This document shows, piece by piece, positions 49,771 through 61,600 of a stretch of DNA of 64,000 bases. Numbering within the stretch: position 1 is the stretch's first letter; each line of letters starts with the position of its first letter. Location: NCBI GenBank assembly GCA_965203175.1, contig OZ241867.1, positions 4,544,001-4,608,000 of the forward strand, written 5' to 3'. Below the pieces are notes generated by a model that searched no databases, had not been told where the DNA came from, and was given only the letters and a program-made list of their open reading frames with translations. Origin of the DNA: Candidatus Latescibacterota bacterium (lineage in GTDB: Bacteria > Latescibacterota > UBA2968 > UBA8231). Both the position numbers and the translations under genes were made by a program.

Positions 49771-50670
49771 TTACCCTCGGAAGAGTGGTGCGATGCCCGA
49801 CCAAATGATCTCCAACTCGGTCAGCGCGTCGCCGTCTAGGATAGGCACGGGTGCCCGGCAAACTGTAGAGCGAATCAACCCGCGCTTTTGCAAAATCCAC
49901 TTGTAGATCGCAATCCCATAGAGCCGCTCGTAGTTCATCAGCGGCAGGAGCTGATAGAAGTGCGCCCGCGCCGTCGCCTCGTCGCCTGCTTCGAGGGCAT
50001 CCCAGATCGACGCCATGGCGTCGGTCACGTGACAGCCCGGCATATTGCCGCAGGCACCGCGCCGATACTCATCGAGTAAATAAACGCCCCCTTTGCCACC
50101 CAATACGCCCTTGCAGGCCGCGCCCGCCAGCGCCAGCGTGCGGCTGACCTGCCAAGGTTCGGGAACGGTCTCTTCCTTTATATAATCGACGCCCGCTAAC
50201 TCGCGGCACATCCGCCCCAATAGCTCGCCGCTCATGGGCGTCCCGACCGGCGCGTCGAAATTCTGTATGCAGATCGGAACCTCAACCGCGTCTGCTAATT
50301 GCTGGTAAAAGGCGTAGCAGCCTTCTTGGTCAACGCGCAATACGTGCGGCGGCATGGACATGATCCCGTCGGCTCCCGCGGCTTGGGCGAACTGAGCGAG
50401 AGCCACGGCCGGTACGGCATGGCCGGAGGTGACGGAGGCCACTACGGGCACTCGACCATCAGCCGCGGCGACGACGATCTCGATCCAGCGGCGGCGTTCC
50501 TCGTCGGAAAGGGTCGAAAATTCGCTGGCATTGGCCGGTCCCACCAAGCCCGTGGCACCCGCTTCAATACTGAAGGCGACCAAATCCTGTAAAGCTCCTT
50601 CGTCGAGCGCGTAGCTATCGGTAAAGGGGGTCACCACAATCGGCATGATTCCGCGCCACGTTTCAGTCAT
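49771..50670 (-). CDS. dihydrodipicolinate synthase family protein
   Basis: GIMPIVVTPF, ASEFSTLSDEER, YIKEE Schiff-base Lys. Confidence 0.9.
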   Translation of the reverse strand: MTETWRGIMPIVVTPFTDSYALDEGALQDLVAFSIEAGATGLVGPANASEFSTLSDEERRRWIEIVVAAADGRVPVVASVTSGHAVPAVALAQFAQAAGADGIMSMPPHVLRVDQEGCYAFYQQLADAVEVPICIQNFDAPVGTPMSGELLGRMCRELAGVDYIKEETVPEPWQVSRTLALAGAACKGVLGGKGGVYLLDEYRRGACGNMPGCHVTDAMASIWDALEAGDEATARAHFYQLLPLMNYERLYGIAIYKWILQKRGLIRSTVCRAPVPILDGDALTELEIIWSGIAPLFRG

Positions 50671-50723
50671 GGGTATCTCCTTTTAGCCCCAGCAAAGCGG
50701 CTTCATAAATAGCGGTCGTAAAC

Positions 50724-51467
50724 CTACTCCTTGTAAGCGACTACGCGCAGACGCCAGTAATCGGCGTGCCAGCCCCCATCGCCATACAATACCGAGCGGA
50801 CAGCGTCTTCCACTGCGTCCCACAGCTCTTCGCGCATCGAGGGAGGAACATCCGCAGTAAGTGCCTCGGCGAACATCTCCAACCAGTCGCGCAACCCACT
50901 CGCACCCTCTAGGGGCGTTGGACGGGGAAAGTGGCTGGCATAAGCAACGCGCAGCCCGGCCTGCTCCACGAGCCGCGCGTACTCCCCCAAGCTGGGAAAA
51001 TACCAAGGCGACTGCGGATGAAAGCCCCGAGTGGCCAATTGGTCAATCAGCCCTTGGCTGATGGTAGCAATGTTCCGCGCTCCCCCCAGCTCGGCGACAA
51101 AACGCCCACCCTGCCCCAGACAAGCGGCAATGCACGCAAGTGCCTCTTCCGGCGGCTTGACCCAGTGCAGGGCGGCGTTGGAAAAAACCGCATCGAACGG
51201 CTCGGCAAAGGAAAATTCCCGCGCATCGCCGACGGCAAAAAACAGGCCCGGGAACTGCTCGCGGGAGGCCTCGATCATCTCGGCCGACAAGTCAATACCC
51301 ACGACCTCAGCTCCGGTTGCGGCAATCTGGGCACTCAGCTGCCCCGTGCCGCAACCCAAGTCGAGGACGCGTTCCCCGACTTGAGGAGCCAAGACTTCCA
51401 CCAAGTCGGCACCCGCGGCGGTGACATAGTGATGTTTGGCTTGGTAGCGCTTAGGGTCTTGAAACAT
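50724..51467 (-). CDS. class I SAM-dependent methyltransferase (Tam-like)
   Basis: VLDLGCGTG, FDAVFSNAALHW, ADY.RLR. Confidence 0.92.
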   Translation of the reverse strand: MFQDPKRYQAKHHYVTAAGADLVEVLAPQVGERVLDLGCGTGQLSAQIAATGAEVVGIDLSAEMIEASREQFPGLFFAVGDAREFSFAEPFDAVFSNAALHWVKPPEEALACIAACLGQGGRFVAELGGARNIATISQGLIDQLATRGFHPQSPWYFPSLGEYARLVEQAGLRVAYASHFPRPTPLEGASGLRDWLEMFAEALTADVPPSMREELWDAVEDAVRSVLYGDGGWHADYWRLRVVAYKE

Positions 51468-51468
51468 A

Positions 51469-52458
51469 TCAACTCAAGAGGTCGGCGATGACCGCACGCT
51501 CCTCTTTGAGCTCGTCTTCGGTAGCCTTGATCTTCGCACGGGCGAAGTCGCTCAGTTCCAAGCCCTGCACGATTTCCCAGCCACCTTGACCGTCGCTGCG
51601 AATGGGGAAGGAAAACATCAACCCTTCGTCGATCCCGTAGCTGCCGTCCGAATAGACGCCAGCCGAGAAAAAGTCGCCCGCAAGCGTGGCGCTTTCAACA
51701 CTGACAATGTGGTCGAGTGCGGCATTGGCCGCCGACGCAGCCGACGACAAGCCACGGGCGTCGATGACGGCCGCGCCCCGCTGCTGGACGATTTGGATAA
51801 ATTCCTCTCGCAACCAAGCGTGATGGCCTATGACGTCGTATGCTGGGTGCCCCTCAATCCGCGCGTTTTCGGCATCTGGGTATTGCGTGGCGCTGTGGTT
51901 ACCCCAGATGGCCATATTGGTTACCGCCAAGACCTTGACTCCAGCCTTTTGGGCGAGCTGGGCTTGAGCTCGGTTTTGATCTAGCCGGGTCATAGCCTGG
52001 AAGCGGTCTCGGGGGATGCCGGCCTTGTGGCCGTGGCTCATGGCGATCAAGCCATTGGTATTAGCTGGATTACCCACCACCAAGACTCGCACATCCGCGG
52101 CGGCCCGGGCTAGAGCCTGACCTTGGCCGACGAATATCGGACCGTTTTCCCGAATTAAGTCTCCCCGTTCCATACCGGGGCCGCGCGGCTTGGAGCCAAT
52201 TAGCAATCCCCAATTGATCCCGTCAAAGGCCTTTTCAGCTTGGTCGGTGATCACGATGTCGTCGAGGAGTGGAAAGGCGCAGTCGTCGAGCTCCATAACT
52301 ACGCCTTCTAAGACTTTGAGCGCCGGAGTAATCTCCAGCAAGTGCAGCGAGATTCGGACGTCGCGACCAAAAACCTCGCCCGAGGCCAAACGCGGCAATA
52401 TAGCATAGCCGATCTGGCCAGCCGCCCCAGTGACGGCTACTTTCACAGTGCGTGCCAT
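51469..52458 (-). CDS. mdh: malate dehydrogenase
   Basis: VTGAAGQIGY, PRGPGMERGDL, VGNPANTN, WGNHSATQYPD. Confidence 0.97.
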   Translation of the reverse strand: MARTVKVAVTGAAGQIGYAILPRLASGEVFGRDVRISLHLLEITPALKVLEGVVMELDDCAFPLLDDIVITDQAEKAFDGINWGLLIGSKPRGPGMERGDLIRENGPIFVGQGQALARAAADVRVLVVGNPANTNGLIAMSHGHKAGIPRDRFQAMTRLDQNRAQAQLAQKAGVKVLAVTNMAIWGNHSATQYPDAENARIEGHPAYDVIGHHAWLREEFIQIVQQRGAAVIDARGLSSAASAANAALDHIVSVESATLAGDFFSAGVYSDGSYGIDEGLMFSFPIRSDGQGGWEIVQGLELSDFARAKIKATEDELKEERAVIADLLS

Positions 52459-52614
52459 GTATTCCTCCTAAAAAAGGCAGTTTCTAGACAGAGAAAATTT
52501 GCCAAAAAAAATCGTTCTGTGCAACGCGAGCCCAGCCCTTGCTCACACCTTGGCGGGGTGTTTATTCTAGGGCTTTATTTCCAAACACGGCCCTCGGGCG
52601 AAAGGACGGCCATT

Positions 52615-53775
52615 ATGAGCGGCGACTTCGACCTCATCATCCAAGGTGGGCATCTAATTGACCCCAAAAACGATCTCGACGGACCAGCCGATATTGCCAT
52701 CCAGGACGGGCTAGTCGCTGCGGTCGCCGACCGAATCGAGTGCAGTTCGGCAAAGATCATAGACGCGTCTGGACTCTATGTAACCCCGGGATTGATCGAT
52801 ATCCACGTCCACGTCTATGGAGGGTATGGGGGCTGGCTCTTTCCCGACCAGCACGCCCTGCCCTACGGCGTGACCACCGTAGTAGATACAGGCGGCTCTG
52901 GGTGGAAGGATTTTGCCGACTTCAAGCGCACCATCATCGACCCCGCCCAGACCCGTGTCTTGGCCTTTGTCAATATCGTCGGTGCTGGCATGATCGGTGC
53001 TCCCGAGCAAGACATCAGCGAAATGGATCCTGCGCTCTGCGCCGCGGCGGTCGAGCAATACCGCGAGCACGTTGTCGGCACCAAGTCGGCCCACTTCGGC
53101 GGCCCGGGTTGGGAGTCAGCTGGCGGCGCGATCGAGGCGGCGCGACAGAGCGATTCCATCGCCATGATCGACTTTGCCCCCCAGCCCACTCGCTCGTACG
53201 AGGAATTGCTCGAGCGCATGAGCCCAGGGGACATCCACACGCACCTCTACGCCGCTCATATCCCCCTGCTCGACGCGAACAAAAAAGTCGCAAACTACGT
53301 GCGCCAAGCCCGACAGCGCGGCATCGTCTTTGACACAGGACACGGCAACGGTTCCTTCTGGTTTCGCATTGCCGTGCCTGCCATGGCCCAGAACTTCCCC
53401 CCGGATACCATCAGCACGGACCTACACAAGGCCAGTCGCATGCTGCCCAACGCCACCATGCCCATAACTATGTCCAAATTCCTGAACCTCGGCATGCCCT
53501 TCCAAGAGGCCGTCTATCGCTCGACATACAGACCTGCCGAGGTAATCAGACGCCCAGAGCTAGGCCACCTCAGTGTCGGAGCCGAAGCCGACTTAGCGGC
53601 TTTGGCTCTGCACGAAGGGGATTTTGCCTTTGTCGATTCGGGCCGGGCGCGCATGCTGGGTCGGCAAAAACTCGAATGCGAGCTAACGCTGAGAGCGGGT
53701 CGAGTCGTCTGGGACCTAAACGGCCGCAGCTTAGTGGACTGGGATAAGGCCGGCGAATACCGCCACCTTACTTAA
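52615..53775 (+). CDS. amidohydrolase/deacetylase family (dihydroorotase-like)
   Basis: TPGLIDIHVH, GVTTVVDTG, GDIHTH, FDTGHG.GSF, ISTDLH. Confidence 0.9.
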   Translation: MSGDFDLIIQGGHLIDPKNDLDGPADIAIQDGLVAAVADRIECSSAKIIDASGLYVTPGLIDIHVHVYGGYGGWLFPDQHALPYGVTTVVDTGGSGWKDFADFKRTIIDPAQTRVLAFVNIVGAGMIGAPEQDISEMDPALCAAAVEQYREHVVGTKSAHFGGPGWESAGGAIEAARQSDSIAMIDFAPQPTRSYEELLERMSPGDIHTHLYAAHIPLLDANKKVANYVRQARQRGIVFDTGHGNGSFWFRIAVPAMAQNFPPDTISTDLHKASRMLPNATMPITMSKFLNLGMPFQEAVYRSTYRPAEVIRRPELGHLSVGAEADLAALALHEGDFAFVDSGRARMLGRQKLECELTLRAGRVVWDLNGRSLVDWDKAGEYRHLT

Positions 53776-53791
53776 GACACGCAAGTGTCTT
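53774..53791 (+). terminator. short hairpin after stop codon
   Basis: AAGACAC-GCAA-GTGTCTT; weak T tail. Confidence 0.4.
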
Positions 53792-53801
53792 CGCAAACAA
53801 C

Positions 53802-53830
53802 TTGACGCAGCGCTACTCCTTATGTATAAT
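53802..53830 (+). promoter_or_regulatory. sigma70 promoter of the second sigma gene
   Basis: TTGACG-17 nt-TATAAT. Confidence 0.8.
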
Positions 53831-53948
53831 CAGTTAGTTTCGCCTGTACCTATGCCACGCTTGCCATTGCACCGAGAGTATTTCGCTGCTGTGAGACACG
53901 GCACAAGACCTGCCGTGCAGGCAACTCCCCTGTACAATGAGAGGCTCT

Positions 53949-54797
53949 ATGCATAATCTGCACGACGAGGAAAACACCCTCCGACTCTATTTCGACGATA
54001 TTGCTGAGTCCACGCCCCTTTCGAGAGAACGCGAAGTAGAACTAGCCGATCGCATCAAAAATGGCGATATGCATGCCCGCGAAGAAATGATCAGCGCCAA
54101 TTTGCGGTTTGTCGTCGATGTGGCTAAGAAGTACCAAAACCGCGGTTTGTCCCTTTCCGACCTGATTAGCGCCGGTAATCTCGGCCTTATCACGGCAGCC
54201 GACCGCTTCGATGGCACGAAGGGCTACAAATTCATTTCATACGCGGTTTGGTGGATCCGCCAGTCCATTCTTCAAACCCTCGCCGAGCACGTGCGCACCG
54301 TGCGCCTTCCCCTCAACAAAGTCAGCTTACTCAAGGATATTTCCAAGGCCTCGCGCAAATTGGGCCAACATCGCGCCAGTGAGCCTGACATAGAGGAAAT
54401 CGCCGCCGAACTCGAAGTCCCGGCCGAAGAGGTTTTAGAGACCATCCTCAGCGCCCGCGCCGTGTGTTCGCTCGACGAGTCCTTTACTGACGACGACGAG
54501 CGCAGCCTGCTCAACACCTTGGCCGACAACACGGCCGCAGCCCCGGATGCCGACATTTTGAGCGAATCGGCACGAGAGCAGCTCGAAACGGCTTTGGAAA
54601 CCCTCGAGGAGCGAGAATTGCGCATTATCAGGCTCTATTTTGGCCTAGATGGCAACGAGGCCCTGACGCTCGAGGAAATCGGCGACATGATGAATCTCAC
54701 GCGCGAGCGCATCCGCCAGCTCAAAGAGCGGGCGCTCAGCAAGCTACGCCATCCTTCGCGGCACCAAGTGCTCAAAACGCTGGCTAGCGGCACCTGA
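53949..54797 (+). CDS. RNA polymerase sigma factor, RpoD/SigA family (short form)
   Basis: ANLRFVV.VAKKYQNRG, YKFISYAVWWIRQSI, LTRERIRQLKERAL; ATG 53949 after GAGAGG (53937 alternative). Confidence 0.95.
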   Translation: MHNLHDEENTLRLYFDDIAESTPLSREREVELADRIKNGDMHAREEMISANLRFVVDVAKKYQNRGLSLSDLISAGNLGLITAADRFDGTKGYKFISYAVWWIRQSILQTLAEHVRTVRLPLNKVSLLKDISKASRKLGQHRASEPDIEEIAAELEVPAEEVLETILSARAVCSLDESFTDDDERSLLNTLADNTAAAPDADILSESAREQLETALETLEERELRIIRLYFGLDGNEALTLEEIGDMMNLTRERIRQLKERALSKLRHPSRHQVLKTLASGT

Positions 54798-54810
54798 GAA
54801 TCTGCCGAAA

Positions 54811-54896
54811 GGGGGGATACCGAAGTGGTCAAACGGGGCAGACTGTAAATCTGTTGGCTTATGCCTTCGCAGGTTCAAATCCTGCTCCCCCCACCA
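54811..54896 (+). tRNA. tRNA-Tyr(GTA)
   Basis: GGGGGGA/TCCCCCC acceptor, GCAGA-CTGTAAA-TCTGT anticodon arm, long variable arm, encoded CCA. Confidence 0.97.
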
Positions 54897-54904
54897 CTAA
54901 TACT

Positions 54905-54941
54905 AAAAAAGGCCGTTCCGTTTCGGAGACGGCCTTTTCTT
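54905..54941. terminator. bidirectional intrinsic terminator
   Basis: AAAAAAGGCCGT.CCG TTT CGG.GACGGCCTTTTCTT. Confidence 0.8.
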
Positions 54942-54972
54942 TTGCTGTAAGATCCAGATCCAAGCGCACTTA

Positions 54973-56100
54973 TTACTCCTCTTCCACGATCCGGTCCAGT
55001 TCCAAGCCCAAGGCGTCAGCCAGTAAAAATCCCGCCCGGGTCAAACGCAATCTCTGTCCTTCAAGCGCGACGTATCCAACTTTCTCCAGATCGTCAAAGC
55101 GCTTGCTGCTCTGCACTCGACCGACCTCTTCTTCAGTCAGTTCAATTCCCTCTATGGTGCGCAAACCCATCCATAGACGTTCCCTGCGAGCCGTGTCCGG
55201 GGCTATGGTCTCCCCCCCTGTGCACGGCGACTGGCCTTGGGCCATAGCGTCGAGATAGGCATTGAGATCACGTGTATTCCAAAATCGCTTCCCATCGACG
55301 AAGCTATGGGCCCCGAGGCCAACACCTAAGTAAGGAACTCCCGTCCAGTAGCTCCAATTGTGGCGCGAGCGGTAGCCAAGCCGAGCGTAGTTTGAAACTT
55401 CGTAGTGTTCATAGCCAGCCGCCACCAACCGAGCGTCAGTCCATTCCAAGGTGCGAGCTTGCCTGTCGTCCGCGACCGATTTCAGCAGGCCCTGACGCTG
55501 CCGTTGGGCGAAGATCGTGCCTTCTTCAATGGTGAGGCTATAGACCGAAAGATGCTCTGGAGCCAAGGCGATAGCCCGCTCGACGCTAAAGTGCCAATTG
55601 GCCTCTGAGACTCCAGGTACATTGGCCACCAAGTCCAAGCTCACATTGGCAAAACCAGCCGCTCTGGCCGCGGCATACGCCCTTTCGACATCGGCCGCGC
55701 TATGCTGCCGGCCTAAGTGTCGCAAATCGGCATCGCGAAAAGCCTGCGCACCAATGCTGATGCGGTTGAACCCCAGCGTCTTTAGCCTTGCAAATTTCTC
55801 GCGGTCAACCGTTCTAGGGTTGACTTCAACGGAAATTTCCGCGTCTGGGTGTAGCCCTAAATGATTTTGAGCTGCCTCAAGCATCTGCCCAATTAACGTC
55901 GGCTCGACTTGGCTCGGGGTGCCTCCACCCAAGAACACAGTTTCCACAGGTCCCGACAAATGGGCCCAAGACTCAATTTCTCGGCAGACCGCCTCGGCAT
56001 ATAGGTCGTGGCGGTCTTCTTGGCCAACGACCGTGGCAAAGGCGCAGTAGGGGCAGCGTTGGGGGCAAAACGGCACGTGGATATAGAGGCCCAACGCCAT
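54973..56100 (-). CDS. hemW: radical SAM heme chaperone
   Basis: LYIHVPFCPQRCPYCAF, FLGGGTPS, YEVSNYA, HNWSYW. Confidence 0.92.
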   Translation of the reverse strand: MALGLYIHVPFCPQRCPYCAFATVVGQEDRHDLYAEAVCREIESWAHLSGPVETVFLGGGTPSQVEPTLIGQMLEAAQNHLGLHPDAEISVEVNPRTVDREKFARLKTLGFNRISIGAQAFRDADLRHLGRQHSAADVERAYAAARAAGFANVSLDLVANVPGVSEANWHFSVERAIALAPEHLSVYSLTIEEGTIFAQRQRQGLLKSVADDRQARTLEWTDARLVAAGYEHYEVSNYARLGYRSRHNWSYWTGVPYLGVGLGAHSFVDGKRFWNTRDLNAYLDAMAQGQSPCTGGETIAPDTARRERLWMGLRTIEGIELTEEEVGRVQSSKRFDDLEKVGYVALEGQRLRLTRAGFLLADALGLELDRIVEEE

Positions 56101-56158
56101 TATTTACTTTTTCGGGATTAAGGGAGTCGGGATCGGCAAGTACGCCTCTTGCTCGTAA

Positions 56159-57955
56159 TTAGGCTTCCATCTTGAGCGCGGCCAAAAACGCTTCTTGGGG
56201 GATTTCCACCTTCCCAAACTGCTTCATGCGCTTCTTGCCTTCCTTCTGCCTTTCGAGCAATTTGCGCTTGCGAGTCACGTCGCCGCCGTAGCACTTGGCG
56301 GTCACATTTTTGCGGAACGGCTTGACCACCTCACGGGCAATCACCTTACTCCCCACCACCCCTTGGATGACCACTTCGAACATCTGTCGTGGAATCAACT
56401 CCTTGAGCTTTGTGCAGAGCTGCCGACCCCACTCATAGGCCTTGTCGCGATGAATGATCACCGAGAGCGCGTCCATCGGCTCGCCATTGATCATAATGTC
56501 GAGCCTAGATAGTAATCCGGCTCGCATCTCTAGATGCTCGTAATCGAATGATGCATAGCCTCGCGACACCGACTTGAGGCGGTCGTAAAAGTCGATCACT
56601 ACTTCGGCCAAAGGCATCTCAAAGCTCAGGATAGCTCGGCTACCGTCGAGATACTCGGTATTGCGGTAGCTCCCGCGCCGCTCAGTGCAGATTTTCATCA
56701 CGGCACCGATATATTCCCTCGGCACCAAGATCTGGACGGCGAGAATCGGCTCGCGCACCTGGTCGATCTCAGTAGCAGGCGGCAACAAAGAGGGATTGTC
56801 CACGTCGATCAGTTGCCCGTCCTTGGTCAGAATCTCGTAGAGCACATTGGGCAGGGTCGTGATGATTTCGACCTGGTACTCGCGGTCGAGGCGCTCCTGG
56901 ACGATTTCCATGTGCAGCAGCCCTAAGAAGCCGCAACGAAAACCAAATCCCAACGCGGGGGAAGTTTCCGGCTCATAGGAGAACGCGGCGTCGTTGAGCT
57001 TGAGTCGCTCTAAGGCGTCGCGTAGCACCTCATAGTCCTCTGGGACAACGGGATAAAGACCGCTGAAGACCATAGGTTTAAGCGGTTGGTATCCAGGCAA
57101 TGGCTCCACTTCAGTCTCTGCATCAACAACCGTGTCACCGACGTGAGCCTCGGCCAACTCTTTGATTCCAGCGATGAAATAGCCGACTTCACCCGTCTCA
57201 AGTGCTTGGGCCGGCACTCGGTTTAAGACTAAGTGACCGACTTCCTCGACTTCGTAGTGTCGTCCGGTGGAGTGAAAGCGGATTTTCTGCCCCTTGTGGA
57301 TGCGTCCATCAACGACTCGGATAAAACAAACGACGCCTCGGTACTGGTCGTAGAGCGAGTCAAAAACCAGTGCCCGTAACGGCTCCTGCTGACGCCCGGT
57401 CGGCGCTGGTATGCGGTCGACAATAGCTTCCATCACTTCCTCAATCCCAATCCCTTCCTTGGCGCTGATTTGCAAAATATCCTCGGCTTCACCCCCTAGC
57501 AGATCGAGCACCTGTTGCTGCACCGCTGCGGCCTGAGCAGCGGGCATATCGATCTTGTTGAGCACTGGGATGACGACCAAGTCGCTATTTAACGCCAACA
57601 GCAAATTGCTCACGGTCTGGGCTTCTACGCCCTGTGTGGCGTCGACAACCAAAATAGCCCCTTCGCAGGCGGCCAAACTACGCGACACCTCATAGGTAAA
57701 ATCCACGTGTCCCGGCGTGTCGATCAAGTTGAACTGGCAGATTCTACCGTCGGTCGCCTGATAGTGCATTCGCACGGCGTGGGCCTTGATTGTAATGCCC
57801 CGCTCCCGCTCTAAATCCATGCTGTCGAGTACCTGCTCCTGCATCTGTTTAGCTGTCAGGGTCGCAGTTTTTTCAAGCAGGCGGTCCGCTAGCGTTGATT
57901 TGCCGTGATCAATGTGGGCAATGATGGAGAAATTGCGAATCTGCACGATACTCAT
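56159..57955 (-). CDS. lepA: elongation factor 4
   Basis: [41 protein letters not shown]. Confidence 0.98.
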   Translation of the reverse strand: MSIVQIRNFSIIAHIDHGKSTLADRLLEKTATLTAKQMQEQVLDSMDLERERGITIKAHAVRMHYQATDGRICQFNLIDTPGHVDFTYEVSRSLAACEGAILVVDATQGVEAQTVSNLLLALNSDLVVIPVLNKIDMPAAQAAAVQQQVLDLLGGEAEDILQISAKEGIGIEEVMEAIVDRIPAPTGRQQEPLRALVFDSLYDQYRGVVCFIRVVDGRIHKGQKIRFHSTGRHYEVEEVGHLVLNRVPAQALETGEVGYFIAGIKELAEAHVGDTVVDAETEVEPLPGYQPLKPMVFSGLYPVVPEDYEVLRDALERLKLNDAAFSYEPETSPALGFGFRCGFLGLLHMEIVQERLDREYQVEIITTLPNVLYEILTKDGQLIDVDNPSLLPPATEIDQVREPILAVQILVPREYIGAVMKICTERRGSYRNTEYLDGSRAILSFEMPLAEVVIDFYDRLKSVSRGYASFDYEHLEMRAGLLSRLDIMINGEPMDALSVIIHRDKAYEWGRQLCTKLKELIPRQMFEVVIQGVVGSKVIAREVVKPFRKNVTAKCYGGDVTRKRKLLERQKEGKKRMKQFGKVEIPQEAFLAALKMEA

Positions 57956-57998
57956 ACGGTTTGGTAGGTAAAGTTAGTGGGAAAGACTCGGCAAGCAG

Positions 57999-58625
57999 TC
58001 AGGATATGCGCTGGCGATACAGGCTCTGATCTACCACGCTAGCCATCTGCCACACATCTAAGGGGAGAGCGAGAAAGGTCTTGATCTCGTGGCTCGTAGC
58101 AAGCGGGTCGCGCAAGACAGCGGCGTAGTCGACATAAAGCACCTTCATTTGCGGGTGCTCCGCCAACCACTGTTGCACTGCACTCAAGTGCCGACCGAAG
58201 GCGGCGGCCATCTCGGCGTCGGAAACCCGGTCACAGGGCCGTCCTCGCCGCGCTAACATCGCCCGCTGCGAAGCTAAAATCTCGTCCATTTTCCGAAGGG
58301 CAAACACGATTTTATATGGCCTGTGAGGCGGCAATTGGTCGAGCAATTGGGATATGACCTTGACAGCTTTACCCCTCGCCGATTCGAGCCATGCTGTGTC
58401 TCTTTCTAGCTGCTTAACCTTCTCGAATTCGTAATATCCCCCGGGATTGTCGGCATCGGCCGCGCGGATACCGTCTGTTAGGGGCGGCAATCCGCCCGCA
58501 GCCAACATCTTCATCAGCATCGAGGTACCAGACCGGGGTAAGCCGGACACAATAGTTATGTACTCGCCCGGCTGTGGAAGTGAGGTGGGATGAGAAGGCA
58601 AAGTAAAGACAGCATGACACGACAC
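57999..58625 (-). CDS. sulfotransferase family protein
   Basis: IVSGLPRSGTSMLM PAPS-binding loop, DNPGGYYE. Start uncertain (GTG 58625 or TTG 58601). Confidence 0.85.
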   Translation of the reverse strand: MSCHAVFTLPSHPTSLPQPGEYITIVSGLPRSGTSMLMKMLAAGGLPPLTDGIRAADADNPGGYYEFEKVKQLERDTAWLESARGKAVKVISQLLDQLPPHRPYKIVFALRKMDEILASQRAMLARRGRPCDRVSDAEMAAAFGRHLSAVQQWLAEHPQMKVLYVDYAAVLRDPLATSHEIKTFLALPLDVWQMASVVDQSLYRQRIS

Positions 58626-58663
58626 ACGCTTCCAAAGCTTAGCTCCGGAAGCGTGTGTCGTGT
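58617..58663. repeat. 17-bp perfect inverted repeat
   Basis: ACACGACACACGCTTCC (58617-58633) / GGAAGCGTGTGTCGTGT (58647-58663), 13-nt loop. Confidence 0.85.
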
Positions 58664-58682
58664 ACTACATGGTGTGTGTCAA

Positions 58683-61600
58683 TTAAAAAACCAGACGCCC
58701 ACGCAACAGGAGTCCATGCGAGGCACCGGCCATGCGCTGCCAGCGAGAACTCTCTAGGCTCACTGACATCGCCGAATCCACTTCAAAGCGCGTACCTAAG
58801 CGCAACTGCATGCGCTCTGGCGCTTGCGTCATCCCGCTGTATACAGTGTATACTCCCCGACCGCCAAGTGCGGCTAAACCGTAGCCGACCTCGGCTCTAA
58901 GCTGGCCTTGCGCGTTCGCAACACCCCGGTCCGCTATCTCGGCTACGCTGCGCTCCCACAGCGTCAGGCTATTCGCCTGCGTACCGTAGGTCGGCATCAC
59001 CCGCAACGACAACCCTCGGCCACCGGTGCCTGCCGAGCGCTGGAGCAGCAGATGCGCACCCCATTCTTTGTACTCGGCCTCGTCGTTGCCGTCACTTACC
59101 AGGCTCCGCCCCATAGCTTCCAGCGTGAAGCCACCTCCCTCATAGCGCAGACCACCGCCAACTTCTACGCCGGATCCGGTCAGTCCGTCGCCGCCATCTT
59201 GGCGCAGAGCAACCTCTAACTCGGGTGTCACCTGCCCATCCATACCCGCTTCGTAAGCATGGGAAGCTTTGAGTGCCAGCCTCAAGCGGTTAGCACTCAC
59301 CGTCTCTTCGGCGATCCGGTTTCCTTGTCCATTCTCGACTGCTCCACCCTCGACTTCAACCTGTGCTACAGTAGCAGCAGCCTTGATCCGCAACTGAGTC
59401 GGACCACCGGAGAGCAAGTCTCCGCTAGCCCCTACACTTCCAGTCCGCAGCGACGTATCGCTCGACTGCTGGCCTACGGTTCCCTGTTGGTCGTCAATAT
59501 CAAGGTTGCCGCGTCCTAAGCCCGCCGTCAACCATACCCCCAACCGCCCTGGCGAGAACCCGACGTATGGATGCAGGCTCAACATGCGAGTCTCATAGGT
59601 ACCGTCGACTCGCTCTTCACCGAGCAACGGAGCGGTATAATCGAACGATCCTTGGGCCCACGACAGCGCCAAACCGGTTAGCATTTCGGCACCTGGCCGG
59701 GCGTCCAAACCAATCTGAGCACGGCTTAGGTTGCCTTCCCAATCCAGCGAACCATCGTCGCTAGACATTTGGCCGTAGTCTCCTCGGCCCCAGAATGTAG
59801 GACTGCCGGGACAAATAACGCATCCTCTACCGAAACCGAACGGCACCGCGAAGGACGAGCCATTCACAACCTGTGACATATTAACCGGGCGGTTCTCAAA
59901 GATTCGGCCGGATTGAATCAGGTCGTGGAGGGTAGACTCAGCGGCAAAGCTAAAAGACCTATTCACATCGCCGGCTCTGTCCATATGCTCAAGGCGATTT
60001 TCGATGGCGCGATTCGTTCCATCGGCGATAGCCAAGGCGTACTTGGACAAGATCTGTTTGTTGAGCTCCGAAAAACGGTCCGTAGCCGATTCTTCCACTC
60101 GGACCTCGAAGCTGAGGATAGCTGCGTCCTCAGCAGTCATATTGTCATCGGAGTCGTGGGCCGTATACGTCAACGTATACGTTCCGACCTCTGTCGGTGT
60201 GCCCGAAAGCATCGGCGACATGGGGTTGGGGTCAAACGTCAGACCCGGCGGCACGTTATCTAAGGTATACGTCAACTCGCCGAAATCGACCTCGCCATCC
60301 GGATTCAGCGAAAGCAAGTTGCCGCCCGAAGCCAAAGGCAACACCAAGTCTTCAATCGCCTCACCATCTATGTACGTCTGGTTGGCCACATCTCCGCTAA
60401 AGCTAGGCGCACCATCTACCGTTATGTGAAAGGTCAACTCAGCCGAATCGCCATCTTGGTCTTCCACCTGGTAGACCAAACGATACACGCCAGTGTGCGT
60501 CGGCGTGCCCGAAAGCGTCCGGGCTGCAGCGTCGAAGCTCAGACCCGGCACATTCATATCTAAACTATATGTCAAGTCGCCGTTGCCTCCCGCAGCCGCA
60601 GGGAATTCCCACGAATCCATCGCCTCATTCTGACGCAAGATTCGATCCTCAATGACCGCGTCAAAAAAGGTAGGATTGCCGTCGACTGTCAGGAAGAAGC
60701 TCAACTCAGCCGAATCGCCATCTTGGTCTTCCACCCGAAACGTCAACTCATATCCCTCGGCGGGATGCGACACATGAAGCTCCGGCGTACCCGAAATCGT
60801 CCGCGACGTAGCATCAAACGCCAGACCCGGCGGCAAATTCTCCTCACTCAAGCTATAGGTCAACTCGCCGTTGCCGCCCAAAGCCGCAGGCAACTCCAAC
60901 GGGGCCATTTCCTCCCCTTCAGGAACCCACTGATTCGTAATGGCTCCCTCAAAGAAGGGCATACCATTCACCGAAACCGTGAAGGTCAACGGGGCTGGCT
61001 CTTCGCCATCGACATCCGCCACCCGATACGTCAACGCATATGCCTCGGGAGAATATGACACATTAGGCGACAACTCACCCGAAATCGTCCGAGCCGTGGG
61101 ATTAAACGCCAGCCCCGGAGGCAGCTCCCCATCCAAGAAATATGTCAACGCTACATTCCCACCGACCGCCTCTGGCAACTCCAAGCTCACCGCCTCGCCC
61201 ACCGTGTACTGCTGATCTTCTACGACCTGATCGCCGAAGCTAGGTATGCCATTCACCGCAATCGTGAAGCGCAATGTCACAGCATCGCCATCGACATCCG
61301 TCACCCGATACGTCAACCCATAGCCCTCGGCAAGATACAAGTAATCGGCTGGCAGCGTACCTGAAATCGTCCGCGCCGCGCCATCAAACGACAGATCCGG
61401 CGGCAACTCCCCTTCCAGGGTATACGTCAACGCGCCATTCCCACCGACCGCTTCCGGCAAACCTAAGCTCACCTCATTGCCCGCCTCATACAACTGGTCG
61501 TCTACAACCTGAGCGTGGAAGCTGGGCATACCATGTATCACAATCGTGAATTCCAAAACGGCCGGCGCATCGCCATCCTGATCCGTCACCTGATACGTCA

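Noticed and set aside
53831-53948. Riboswitch or sRNA in the sigma-gene leader
   Set aside because: Only a small CACGGCA/TGCCGTG hairpin is visible and I recognise no known motif; an Rfam search would be needed.
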